From assembly GCA_039802265.1 (NCBI GenBank), contig JBDRWI010000046.1, positions 1 through 19,082 on the forward strand: a stretch of 19,082 nt of DNA. Reading direction: 5' to 3'. Source of the stretch: a candidate division WOR-3 bacterium. GTDB taxonomy: Bacteria; Hydrothermota; Tepidihabitantia; SM23-42; JAOAFX01. Below are positions 8,801 to 17,956 of this stretch, one piece after another (position 1 is the first letter of the stretch; each line of letters begins with the position of its first letter). A model generated the notes under the pieces. That model was not told where the DNA came from. It was given only the letters and a program-made list of their open reading frames with translations, and did not search any database. Made by a program: the position numbers and the translations under genes.

Positions 8801-9455
8801 GAACCATATCAATATCACAACGAAATGTCCCTCTAGGAATTGTATCAGGCCCACTCCAGGTTCCAATCTTGGTAATTGTAACATTATGTAGCGAAGGTTT
8901 ATCTATGCGATAGCGATAATTCACTCCACCCTTGTTATAGGATAGGGTACAGGGCCAGCCAAATTGATAATTCAATGTGCCACCCCAGAGGTCCTCTGCC
9001 TCGGCCTCAAGGGTATGTTTGTTTATTGAGGTAGTGGGCTGTCCTTTACCCCCGGTCAATGCCCGCCTTGCCACATCAATCCGGCTCATTACCATCCAGT
9101 TCATTATATTTCCGGGAAAGAAATACTTGGCGCCGGGTGGCATTGCCCCACCCCGATATTTGTGGAATTTATTACTGGAATAGTAATAGAGACTCTCGGA
9201 GTCAAAGTAGCCATAATAGGTCCGGGTTGAATCATACCAACCTGGATTACCCTGGTGTCCGGGCAGAATCCTTGATGCCCGAAACTGCATACTGCCGGTC
9301 ATATCAAGACAGATGAGAATATTCGGTTTCACAACCGCCATTGCAAATGATGGCGCACAGCAGGGAGGATTCTCACAGATCCCTAAGGAATTAAAGAGCA
9401 ATATACCCAGGACAATTCCGATGCCCTGGATTTTGATTCTTTTAATTATCTTCAT
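5820..9455 (-). CDS. pilY1: Type IV pilus tip adhesin, PilY1/PilC family
   Basis: 1211 aa with a signal peptide and the vWA/MIDAS-like motif ILICLDMTGSM. PilC beta-propeller hallmarks include WKLGDIINS, VYVGANDGMLHAF, GEELWAYIP, DRIYFGD and VYFGTGR. Strong AGGAGG SD, and it follows pilX. Confidence 0.92.
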   Translation of the reverse strand: MKIIKRIKIQGIGIVLGILLFNSLGICENPPCCAPSFAMAVVKPNILICLDMTGSMQFRASRILPGHQGNPGWYDSTRTYYGYFDSESLYYYSSNKFHKYRGGAMPPGAKYFFPGNIMNWMVMSRIDVARRALTGGKGQPTTSINKHTLEAEAEDLWGGTLNYQFGWPCTLSYNKGGVNYRYRIDKPSLHNVTITKIGTWSGPDTIPRGTFRCDIDMVPDTVTRGVIRLIADKDFDRDWDSDAPRFGLMFFSTEFGTHIEREFYMSDEDPDMEPYYTCFDAEPEGGTNTGNAVMQAIHYIRYCPPHGGTGYWSPNYTWHGPGTKWDPFYSGQGASLDTAWCRKNFVIVIGDGESNSDRALTDDTHLPPKIFPSRPLYNYDGVWENYDDCSGWGDTDHPADDYAYFGHIQDLRPDNEPGYGLRDKQTITFYGLMTFGLGSGLFREIAKDGGFIDRNNDNIPQVSEYDRDGNGIPDNYYEAESGYEIEQAIMQIILDIMSHVTSASGVAVVSTGTKFGGSTVQSQFYPRRIFPTGEVLSWTGTCQSLWLDEFGNLREDNDNPASHILHLQNDYVITMVWDPLQNNVMIKRYHDDDGNGKVDSSDYVGEVPIEDLMPVWDAGKYLWNNYNPPTTRNIWTSLFNGVHTDFTIANSTLLRPYLGLGISSSLADTIIRYVRGEDIDTTLLRSRTTAGKVWKLGDIINSGPVMIGKPIERYDFIYGDASYAKYYNQYYNRRQVVYVGANDGMLHAFNAGRPVTQETPMEPLYLDPFGYDLGEELWAYIPRNLLPHLQWLKDRTYGECHVYYVDLKPYITDAKIFTAESLDGVHIGGWGTLLIGGMRMGGTKIRNEIDTCRSAYFAIDVTEPLNPKHLWEFTDPNLAYTACYPTVVKVKDAWFLVFGSGPMTCGGDCSQTGRIYVLDLKTGTKLHEFVLPDPQSFVTNIFACDWGIDYTVDRIYFGDAWYKSTNPRGWCGKVYRILTNDDTDPANWTMQMVMDMGLYHPITAEGSVATDEYNHLWVYFGTGRLFSDNDELDLNSQLYVGFRDDTVHTTDPLQLYNVTNVKVDTMGWVDLGGGNIVAFDSLIILVNNKLGWYRQFAKPGERNLTTSLVMGGAVLFTTYCPTGDICTYGGEGFLYALYYRTGTAYTQAFIGDTAGYNRILLSLGSGIPSEPALYVSADQTKVFIQVGGGIVSPETGIPGMPRSGVILWKLR

Positions 9456-9483
9456 AATTCTCCTCCTTGTTTTATTAGTAAAA

Positions 9484-9942
9484 TCACTGTTCCACAGTAA
9501 ACCGTTTTATCGCCTCTATACTGACCTTTTCCTGGGTTAAAGGATGGACAGCAGTAGCGGTGATATAATATGTTCGGTACCCACCGGATGCCGGTGTTGA
9601 GCCAGGTCCAGCAATTGCCCGGGCAAACTTAATTGCAGTACCGGACATTGTAATCACCCGGCGTTGTGTCCTTTGAACTGTGAGACTGCAGGTATAACTG
9701 CCGAGCTGAATATTATTAACGAGAGACTGCGGTAGTTCGGTGTTTGCGTTCAGGCGTGCGGCCTCGGCCTTAGCAATCTCAAGTGCAGCAATTGCTGCCT
9801 CATAGGTCGTCTCAAATTTTGCCTGACCACCTGTGACACCAAGCCCCCTGACAATCAAATAGATCACCAATGAACCAACGATCAAAACTACAATCATCGT
9901 TCCCAGTGCCACAAGCAGGGCAATTCCTCTTTTAAAATTCAT
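9484..9942 (-). CDS. pilX: Type IV minor pilin PilX-like
   Basis: Prepilin site KRG|IALLVAL lacking Glu+5, which is typical of PilX/GspK. It lies between pilW and pilY1. Confidence 0.8.
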   Translation of the reverse strand: MNFKRGIALLVALGTMIVVLIVGSLVIYLIVRGLGVTGGQAKFETTYEAAIAALEIAKAEAARLNANTELPQSLVNNIQLGSYTCSLTVQRTQRRVITMSGTAIKFARAIAGPGSTPASGGYRTYYITATAVHPLTQEKVSIEAIKRFTVEQ

Positions 9943-9958
9943 AACTCCTCCTTAAATT

Positions 9959-10948
9959 TTACTCGGGCGGCTGGATATTGGGTGGATAGACAATTCCCCT
10001 TAAGATCGCCCGCCTCTTCCTTCTCTGAATATCATTAAGTGTATAGGTATATGGTGGATTCTCTTCAATCGTTATCGTATTTGAAGGATAGGTATATCCT
10101 GGCATACCTTCAGAGGTAACAACCATCGTAAATCTGATGGCATTCTTTTTCATATACCTTGGATTCTCATTTTCCTGGGTGAGGTTGGTCCATTCATTCC
10201 CGGATATTAAACCATCGCCATCCTCATCTACCCCCCTGCGGAACTGGATTGCCTCAACATTTGTAAGAAGTAGTTCGCCACCCCGGTATAGTGAATCACC
10301 GGTTGCCGAAACCCTATACGCTATTCCACCAAAATAGATATTCTTATTCCGTTTGAAGACCATCAATCCGTGAGTGGGCATTGGTCCATTAATCAATATC
10401 TTTGATGCCGGGATTGTATCCTGTCCTCCAGCGGTCGTATCTAAATACTTTGTGGTCTCCGCCTTGGGATTGTTAACAATGACTAAATCTTCCAACCACA
10501 TAAGAGGATTCCTTGATTCATCCACAACGGTAATCGTCTCACCCTGGGCAAAATTGGCGGATGTATCATCCCATCTTCTTACAAGGATATAAGGGTCCTC
10601 AGTTGTTAAGATATAACTCCATTTACTCGCATTACTCTCAAAACCAAGACCGGTTGCCCTTAAACCAATTACCCCACCGTTAACAATGTATGCCACCGAG
10701 TCAAAGGGAAAACCTAACCCGGTATGGAGCAGGTCCAATTTTAAGAGCGTGAATGCAACTTGGGCATCGGTCTGTAAAACTGTGGTCTTTGAGACCTGGG
10801 TCGCCTTTGTCTGCTGGATGCTCAAAATAGAATAGACTGCTCCCAAGACAAGCATCAAAATGACCAGCGAGACCATCAATTCCACCAGGGTCATACCTTT
10901 TATACAGCGAGTAAATAGATTACGGTTTTTGTAACATATCTTCACCAT
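9959..10948 (-). CDS. pilW: Type IV minor pilin PilW-like
   Basis: KG|MTLVELMVSL N-methylation motif, a size of about 330 aa and a late NVEAIQFRRGVD motif. The ATG at 10948 follows GGAGG. Confidence 0.82.
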   Translation of the reverse strand: MVKICYKNRNLFTRCIKGMTLVELMVSLVILMLVLGAVYSILSIQQTKATQVSKTTVLQTDAQVAFTLLKLDLLHTGLGFPFDSVAYIVNGGVIGLRATGLGFESNASKWSYILTTEDPYILVRRWDDTSANFAQGETITVVDESRNPLMWLEDLVIVNNPKAETTKYLDTTAGGQDTIPASKILINGPMPTHGLMVFKRNKNIYFGGIAYRVSATGDSLYRGGELLLTNVEAIQFRRGVDEDGDGLISGNEWTNLTQENENPRYMKKNAIRFTMVVTSEGMPGYTYPSNTITIEENPPYTYTLNDIQRRKRRAILRGIVYPPNIQPPE

Positions 10949-10965
10949 TTTTTCCTCCCATAATT

Positions 10966-11391
10966 TCAATAAACCTTTATAATATCAGGTGAATGAAGTC
11001 CTCTTCGGTTTTGTGCCCAGAATATATGAATGCGCACGGTCTTGAATCGCGGATCCGGTGAACCATCCAGAACATTCCAGATCACCCTATAAACGCCCCC
11101 TGTCGTATTCTCTATTGCGATATGGTCATAACTCACTGTATCATCTAAGCCTGTTGACTGAACCCATTGTAGTAAAGAATCAGTAGCCGGTAAATTCTGA
11201 ATGATCTCGAAATAACGGTTGAGGACATCCCTGGCGTACATCTGTTGATTTATCACTACGCTTGTGCGCATACCCAGAACCGTCATCTGGGAAACCGCAA
11301 GAATACCAATGGCAAGTATCATAATTGCCACAAGAATCTCTAACAAAGTGAAACCCATCCTGGGAATTTTGGGGAATTGGATTTTTCTCAT
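10966..11391 (-). CDS. pilV: Type IV minor pilin PilV-like
   Basis: G|FTLLEILVAIMILAIGILAV motif. The ATG at 11391 follows GGAGGT. Confidence 0.82.
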   Translation of the reverse strand: MRKIQFPKIPRMGFTLLEILVAIMILAIGILAVSQMTVLGMRTSVVINQQMYARDVLNRYFEIIQNLPATDSLLQWVQSTGLDDTVSYDHIAIENTTGGVYRVIWNVLDGSPDPRFKTVRIHIFWAQNRRGLHSPDIIKVY

Positions 11392-11404
11392 AAATACCTC
11401 CATT

Positions 11405-11980
11405 TTAAAACCAGGTATTATTCCCATATTGATAAACCCGCACCTTCCCTAAAGTATTTATCCCAACCGCATAGTTATCCTTGCCATCTGTGATATATAT
11501 GACCCCCTTTGTTGCACCGCCATGATTATTAAGAATTAAGACCCCACCTATAAAATCTATGCCACTCGGCGGAATCGGACCATTTCCCTCGGGTGGACTA
11601 CCAGTTGCATTGGTATGTCCAAACCGAATATTGCCTCCTGTCGCGCTTGCTATTTTAAAAGAATCTATATGAGTCACGCCGTGAATATCGGTATACTGAA
11701 CAGTATAGGTTCTAGCGTCCGGAAATCCTACTTGATAAATCAAGCCCTTTGACAAAGCCCTTTCCCTTATCTGCCTTAAATCCTGGGCTATCTCCTGGGC
11801 TGCGGCACGAATCCGTGCCTGACGCTGCATACCTGCGAAGTTGGGGATTGCAATGAGCATAATAATTCCAATGATACCAATCACCACCATCAATTCAATT
11901 AAGGTAAATCCCCTCTTAGTAATCCGCAACCGGTAGCCGGCAGTCAGTAAATTCTTCTTACTTTTTCCTTCCACTTCCAT
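11405..11980 (-). CDS. fimT: Type IV minor pilin FimT/FimU (GspH-like)
   Basis: RG|FTLIELMVVIGIIGII..IAIPNF motif and C-terminal VGINTLGKVRV. It is the first gene of the cluster and has an AAGGAGG SD. Confidence 0.8.
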   Translation of the reverse strand: MEVEGKSKKNLLTAGYRLRITKRGFTLIELMVVIGIIGIIMLIAIPNFAGMQRQARIRAAAQEIAQDLRQIRERALSKGLIYQVGFPDARTYTVQYTDIHGVTHIDSFKIASATGGNIRFGHTNATGSPPEGNGPIPPSGIDFIGGVLILNNHGGATKGVIYITDGKDNYAVGINTLGKVRVYQYGNNTWF

Positions 11981-12078
11981 AGAGACCTCCTTAATAAAGT
12001 AGCCATCTGGAAAGGTCGGAGACCCGGTATTTTAAAACCAGCATCCCAACCCCAAAATCCTTTTCCAATTTTATATTT

Positions 12079-12096
12079 ATGCAATTTTTATGCCTG
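12079..12096 (-). promoter_or_regulatory. Sigma-54 (-24/-12) promoter of the minor pilin operon
   Basis: The minus strand reads CAGGCATAAAAATTGCAT, giving GG (12094-12093), 10 nt, GC (12082-12081). This is close to the TGGCAC-N5-TTGC consensus and about 100 nt upstream of fimT. Confidence 0.75.
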
Positions 12097-12119
12097 ATTT
12101 TGTGAAAAATGGAATGGAA

Positions 12120-12132
12120 TATCAAGTGTTTT
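12120..12132 (+). promoter_or_regulatory. Candidate IHF binding site
   Basis: TATCAAGTGTTTT has one mismatch to WATCAANNNNTTR. It sits just upstream of the -24 box, where IHF binds in many sigma-54 promoters. Confidence 0.45.
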
Positions 12133-12195
12133 TATGGTGTAATTAGTTATATTTAGGTAAAAATTTACCCAATTTGAGCAAAATATTATCTATCT

Positions 12196-12238
12196 CAAAA
12201 GTCAACATTTTCCGCCTGCCTGAAAATGTTGACTTTTG
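12196..12238. repeat. Perfect 17-bp inverted repeat (enhancer/operator or terminator)
   Basis: CAAAAGTCAACATTTTC (12196-12212), 9-nt spacer, GAAAATGTTGACTTTTG (12222-12238). Confidence 0.8.
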
Positions 12239-12323
12239 CCTACTCAATTGAACTTAAAGGATACAAGACAAAAAGACCGTATTTATTTTGGAGAAGATGG
12301 CAATAGAATCTTGTGAAATAATT

Positions 12324-12644
12324 CTACTTTTTCACCCTCCTAAAGACACTGAAGGCGGTGTATGAGACTACTGCAAGGGCAAAAAACCAAAACCATACTG
12401 GAACATTATGACCAAAGATTGCCACATAGACAAAAGGCGCGATTGTGGTCAAAGCCAGGACAACGCCGAATGTCCTCACCTGAACCATGTCTTTTTTCTT
12501 TAATCCGGTAACTATTTTATAAATTGCCCACCAGAAAAACGGGGCACCGGCAAAGTAGATAATAGCAAAGATTACTGGATTTACACCATAGTTTTTTTGA
12601 ATTCCCGCCAGCCACTCATTGAGATAATTAATAATTGTATTCAT
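12324..12644 (-). CDS. Small hypothetical membrane protein (about 3 TM helices)
   Basis: 106 aa and hydrophobic. An ATGA overlap with the serS stop suggests translational coupling. Confidence 0.8.
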   Translation of the reverse strand: MNTIINYLNEWLAGIQKNYGVNPVIFAIIYFAGAPFFWWAIYKIVTGLKKKDMVQVRTFGVVLALTTIAPFVYVAIFGHNVPVWFWFFALAVVSYTAFSVFRRVKK

Positions 12645-13909
12645 TCAATATATTCCCTCTTATCCATATATGGTTGCAAGACCTCAGGAACTTTTATTCT
12701 GCCGTCGCTTGTCTGAAAGTTCTCAACAATGCCGATAAATGTCCTTGGTGTAGCAAGGCCAGAGCCATTGATTGTATAGACATAATCAACCCCACCGGTT
12801 GATTTACGATACCGAATCATTGCCCGTCTTGCCTGATACTGCTCGTAGCAACTTACTGAAGACACCTCAAGCCACTCACCCATACCCGGCGCATAAACCT
12901 CAATATCATAGGTCTTTGCCGAGGCATAGGTCATATCTCCGGTGCATAAAAGCATAATTCTGTAAGGTAAACCAAGGAGTTTCACCGCCTCCTCTGCATC
13001 ACATAATAGTTTTTCAAATTCCTCATAGCCGGTCTCTGGTGTAGTATATTTTACCAGTTCAACTTTGTTAAATTGATGGACCCTTGTAATACCGCGGACC
13101 TCCTTACCATAAGAGCCGGCCTCGCGCCGGAAACAGGGAGTATAGGCAACATAGCAAATGGGTAGTTCTTTTTCTGGGATTATCTCTTCCCGATGGATAT
13201 TGGTCAAAGGAACCTCAGCAGTAGGAATGAGATAGAGATTATCATCACGACATTTATACATCTCTGATTCCAATCTCGGAAGTTGTCCGGTACCCACAAA
13301 AGACTGGGGATTGTTTAAAACCGGCGGAAAGACCTCTTTATATCCATGTTTCATTGTATGGAGGTCAAGAAAAAAATTTATGAGTGCCCGCTCCAGGGCG
13401 GCGCCAAGTCCCTTATAAAGAATAAACCTGGAGGATGAAATCTTTGGTGCCCTTTTTATATCAAGGATATCCAGTGCCTGGCATATCTCCCAGTGGGGCA
13501 TTGGTTTAAAGTCATATTCCGGGGGCTCTTTTAGACCGCGAATGAATAGGTTATTCTCGCTCCCCCTGCCGACCGGTACCGAAGGATGGGGTATATTGGG
13601 GAGTAATAAAATAAGCCTTTCAAACTCGCCAACAACCGATTTTAAATCCTCTTCCCTATTCTTAATCTCCTCGGCAACAAGCCTTGCCTTCTCCATCAAT
13701 TCCCTGACATCCTTATTCTCCCTTTTCCGCCTCCCCACCTCTTCAGAAATCTCGTTTCTTTTCTTCCTGAGGTTATCAATCTCGGTAATTAACCGCCGCC
13801 TCTTTTCATCAATCTGGAGCAAATGTTCAAGATCAAAATCCTCACCCCTTGATTTCAGTGCCTGACGAATCAACTCCGGATTATCCCTTAAAATCTTTAT
13901 ATCTATCAT
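12641..13909 (-). CDS. serS: Serine--tRNA ligase
   Basis: N-terminal coiled coil followed by LPNIP, YLIPTAEVP, CFRREAGS, RVHQFNKVE and TINGSGLATPR. Confidence 0.97.
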   Translation of the reverse strand: MIDIKILRDNPELIRQALKSRGEDFDLEHLLQIDEKRRRLITEIDNLRKKRNEISEEVGRRKRENKDVRELMEKARLVAEEIKNREEDLKSVVGEFERLILLLPNIPHPSVPVGRGSENNLFIRGLKEPPEYDFKPMPHWEICQALDILDIKRAPKISSSRFILYKGLGAALERALINFFLDLHTMKHGYKEVFPPVLNNPQSFVGTGQLPRLESEMYKCRDDNLYLIPTAEVPLTNIHREEIIPEKELPICYVAYTPCFRREAGSYGKEVRGITRVHQFNKVELVKYTTPETGYEEFEKLLCDAEEAVKLLGLPYRIMLLCTGDMTYASAKTYDIEVYAPGMGEWLEVSSVSCYEQYQARRAMIRYRKSTGGVDYVYTINGSGLATPRTFIGIVENFQTSDGRIKVPEVLQPYMDKREYIE

Positions 13910-13957
13910 CCGCTTATTACCCTATGTCCTGGTGTACTTATATCCGTATCCCCTTTC

Positions 13958-15217
<1,260 letters not shown>

Positions 15218-15229
15218 TTATCAGTCAAA

Positions 15230-16372
15230 CTATATTCCTGCCTCCCGCTTAATTGCCTCGGCCATATCGCAGATTTCCCAGGTAAAACCTTCTTCTTCTC
15301 GGCCAAAATGTCCATAGCAGGCAGTCTTTTTGAATATTGGTCGCCGCAGATTCAATTTGTCAATTATCCCCTGGGGAGTAAAGTCAAATAGTTTTTTCAG
15401 GATCCTGACGATTCTCTCTTCATCAATCCGGGCGGTATTGAATGTATTAACACTGATTGCTACCGGCTCCGGAATACCGATTGCATAGGCAAGGGAAACC
15501 TCAACCTTGTCACATATTCCAGACGCAACGAGATTCTTCGCCACATATCTTGCCATATAGGATGCGGAACGGTCAACCTTGGTGGGGTCCTTTCCTGAAA
15601 AACAACCACCTCCATGGTGACCCACGCCGCCATAGGTATCAACCATAATCTTCCTGCCGGTAACACCAGTATCGCCCTGCGGACCACCAATCACAAATCT
15701 CCCGGTTGGATTTATAAAAATTTTAGTTCGATCATCAATGAGTTCCGGCGGGATTATCTCCTGCACTACATACTTCTTTAAATCGGCATGAAGCTTTTCG
15801 TTTTTAACATCCGGATGATGCTGGGCAGAAAGAATCACCGTATCAACCCTAACCGGCTTATCATCTTCATACTCAACCGTAACCTGCGATTTGCCATCAG
15901 GCCTCAGATAAGTCAGGATGTTCGCCTTACGCACCTCAGCCAATCGGCGCACAAGTTTGTGAGCAAGGATTATGGGCATGGGCATGAGTTCCTTTGTCTC
16001 GCGTGTTGCAAATCCAAACATCATACCCTGGTCACCAGCCCCACCAATATTCACTCCCATTGCGATATCTGAGGACTGCTCCTGAATTGAGGTGATGATT
16101 GCACAGGTCTGGGCATCTATTCCCATATCAGTGTCTGTATAACCGATCTCATATAGCAGGTCCCGCACCAAATCAGGAATCTCCACATAGCAATTTGTAG
16201 TAATTTCACCCGCCACAAAAATCATTCCCCGGGTAGTTAGAACTTCACAGGCAACCCGACCAAATGGGTCCTTTTCCAGAATCGCATCCAGAATTGCATC
16301 CGATGCCTGGTCGCAGATCTTATCTGGATGGCCCTCGGTAACTGACTCCGAAGTGATAAAATAGCGTCCCAT
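15230..16372 (-). CDS. metK: S-adenosylmethionine synthetase
   Basis: Motifs [26 protein letters not shown] and [16 protein letters not shown]. The ATG at 16372 follows AAGGAGG. Confidence 0.97.
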   Translation of the reverse strand: MGRYFITSESVTEGHPDKICDQASDAILDAILEKDPFGRVACEVLTTRGMIFVAGEITTNCYVEIPDLVRDLLYEIGYTDTDMGIDAQTCAIITSIQEQSSDIAMGVNIGGAGDQGMMFGFATRETKELMPMPIILAHKLVRRLAEVRKANILTYLRPDGKSQVTVEYEDDKPVRVDTVILSAQHHPDVKNEKLHADLKKYVVQEIIPPELIDDRTKIFINPTGRFVIGGPQGDTGVTGRKIMVDTYGGVGHHGGGCFSGKDPTKVDRSASYMARYVAKNLVASGICDKVEVSLAYAIGIPEPVAISVNTFNTARIDEERIVRILKKLFDFTPQGIIDKLNLRRPIFKKTACYGHFGREEEGFTWEICDMAEAIKREAGI

Positions 16373-16395
16373 TTGCCTCCTTTTAATTGAAGACA

Positions 16396-16423
16396 ATTAT
16401 AAGGAAATTTAACCAAAAATCAA
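16396..16423 (-). promoter_or_regulatory. Sigma-70-type promoter of metK-ahcY-serS
   Basis: TTGATT (16423-16418), 16 nt, TATAAT (16401-16396), then a short leader containing an SD. Confidence 0.75.
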
Positions 16424-16426
16424 GGG

Positions 16427-17647
16427 TCAGGTAGACATAATCCCCATTACCTTCTTATAGCAAAAATTTAATGAAACCGCAGCATATAACACAAGATATA
16501 TTTCCACCGGCATTCTGTATCTCAGGGGACCAACATGGGCAACGATATACAAAAGGGAAATAAATCCGACTACCAAGATGGGCAATAAGTTGTCTTTAGA
16601 GAAACTTAAGGCAAGTGCAATCCCAAACAGGCCGAAAAACAGGATTGGAACATAAGAGATTACAAGGAGTGTTTTATACTTCTCACGGTCCGTAGGTAGA
16701 TATTCATTGGAGGGGATGAACCACCAGTAATAGTAGAATTTTTTTATAAGTAATTTGAAGAATTGAACGGGGTTGGATCTAATAAACTCAATTGCCTTGC
16801 CGAGGTAGAAATCGGCACGTTCAATCTCGCTTAAGTTCTTTAAACTGTCCTGAATGTCTGCGGGCAGGCTGTGGGTCATCAGTGTGTAATCATCTGCTGA
16901 CTTAACCTGATAGAAATCGGTTCCGGTGGCGTTGGGATTATTGCCGATCCAGAAATTTACCGCAAACTGGGTTGTTACTGGAACAACTCTTTTGTGAACG
17001 ATATAATTCCTTATCGTCCAGGGGGCAATCGTGAGGATGGAGATGGTTATTATTAAAATAAATTTTAAAAAGCTGAGTTTCTTTAAAAGAAACCAGACGA
17101 ATATTACTGGATATAAAACGAAGGCGATGGGATCGGTCAATATGGTAATTCCAAGGCATAGACCAGTTCTAATCCAGGACAATTTTTTTTTATCTGATTC
17201 TTTGAGAATTAAAAATAAAGTAAAAGAGAGAAAGAATAGAAACATAATGGTCGGTGATAACTTTGTGCAATGGTAAATAAATGGTGGATAGAATCCTAAG
17301 AGCCAGCTGGCGATCTCTGCCACATCTCGATTACAGAGAACCTCGGCGGTCTTCTTAACGAAAAGAATAGTGAAGGTTGCAAGGATTGCCTGGATAACCT
17401 GAATGATAAAGAATAGAACAGGGTGGTATCCGAGTTTATAGAAAAGGAATAAAAAAAACGGATAAACCGGGGCATGTGAAGATGTAAGATAAAGTCTTCC
17501 CCCGGTATCCAGCGAACGGCTGAAACCGTTACCCAAAACTAAATTGCGGGCAATCTCGCCGTATTCATAGTCCCTGGGTTCAAAGAAATTGGCAACAAGA
17601 ATAATACAGAAGACTCTAATTGCAAAAAAAATAATTAATTTCTTCAA
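16427..17647 (-). CDS. GT-C fold glycosyltransferase (GT39/ArnT/PMT-like), polytopic membrane protein
   Basis: Motifs D..Y..IARNL..G.GF, APVYPFFL, PWTIRNY, NFWIGNNP.ATG and RYRMP. The TTG start lies 1 nt after the rpsT stop. Confidence 0.82.
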   Translation of the reverse strand: MKKLIIFFAIRVFCIILVANFFEPRDYEYGEIARNLVLGNGFSRSLDTGGRLYLTSSHAPVYPFFLFLFYKLGYHPVLFFIIQVIQAILATFTILFVKKTAEVLCNRDVAEIASWLLGFYPPFIYHCTKLSPTIMFLFFLSFTLFLILKESDKKKLSWIRTGLCLGITILTDPIAFVLYPVIFVWFLLKKLSFLKFILIITISILTIAPWTIRNYIVHKRVVPVTTQFAVNFWIGNNPNATGTDFYQVKSADDYTLMTHSLPADIQDSLKNLSEIERADFYLGKAIEFIRSNPVQFFKLLIKKFYYYWWFIPSNEYLPTDREKYKTLLVISYVPILFFGLFGIALALSFSKDNLLPILVVGFISLLYIVAHVGPLRYRMPVEIYLVLYAAVSLNFCYKKVMGIMST

Positions 17648-17648
17648 A

Positions 17649-17915
17649 CTATCTCAGTTGATCATTTATATACTTCATCAACCGAGATTTATAGCGGGCA
17701 GCAGTATTCTTTTTGATTATCCCATCCTGAACCGACTTATCAATTATTGCCTGAACCCCTGGATATAGCTTCAAGGCCTCCTCTTTTGACCTTGCCCTTC
17801 GTATGCTCTTGAGCGCCGCCTTTAAATCCTTCTTTTTTGCAAGATTGGCGAGATAACGACGCCGGGATTTGCGAATATTTTTAAGAACGCTCCTTGACCT
17901 TTTCTTTATTGGCAT
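17649..17915 (-). CDS. rpsT: 30S ribosomal protein S20
   Basis: 88-aa basic protein with IDKSVQDGIIKKNTAARYKSRL. Confidence 0.92.
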   Translation of the reverse strand: MPIKKRSRSVLKNIRKSRRRYLANLAKKKDLKAALKSIRRARSKEEALKLYPGVQAIIDKSVQDGIIKKNTAARYKSRLMKYINDQLR

Positions 17916-17920
17916 AGGTA

Positions 17921-17948
17921 ATTATACGCAAAAGAGAAAAAAAGTCAA
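17921..17948 (-). promoter_or_regulatory. Sigma-70-type promoter of rpsT, probably leaderless
   Basis: TTGACT (17948-17943), 16 nt, TATAAT (17926-17921), then 5 nt to the ATG at 17915. Confidence 0.85.
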
Positions 17949-17956
17949 CTGAAAAG

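Noticed and set aside
11981..12069. c-di-GMP riboswitch in the fimT leader
   Set aside because: Class I and class II consensus elements are absent on the sense strand. Only a weak TGGAAAAGG/CCTTTCCA pairing is present.
13910..13957. T-box leader upstream of serS
   Set aside because: The spacer is only 48 nt and has no T-box consensus.
16373..16426. SAM or SAH riboswitch upstream of metK
   Set aside because: The spacer is 54 nt and mostly occupied by the promoter and SD, leaving no room for an aptamer.
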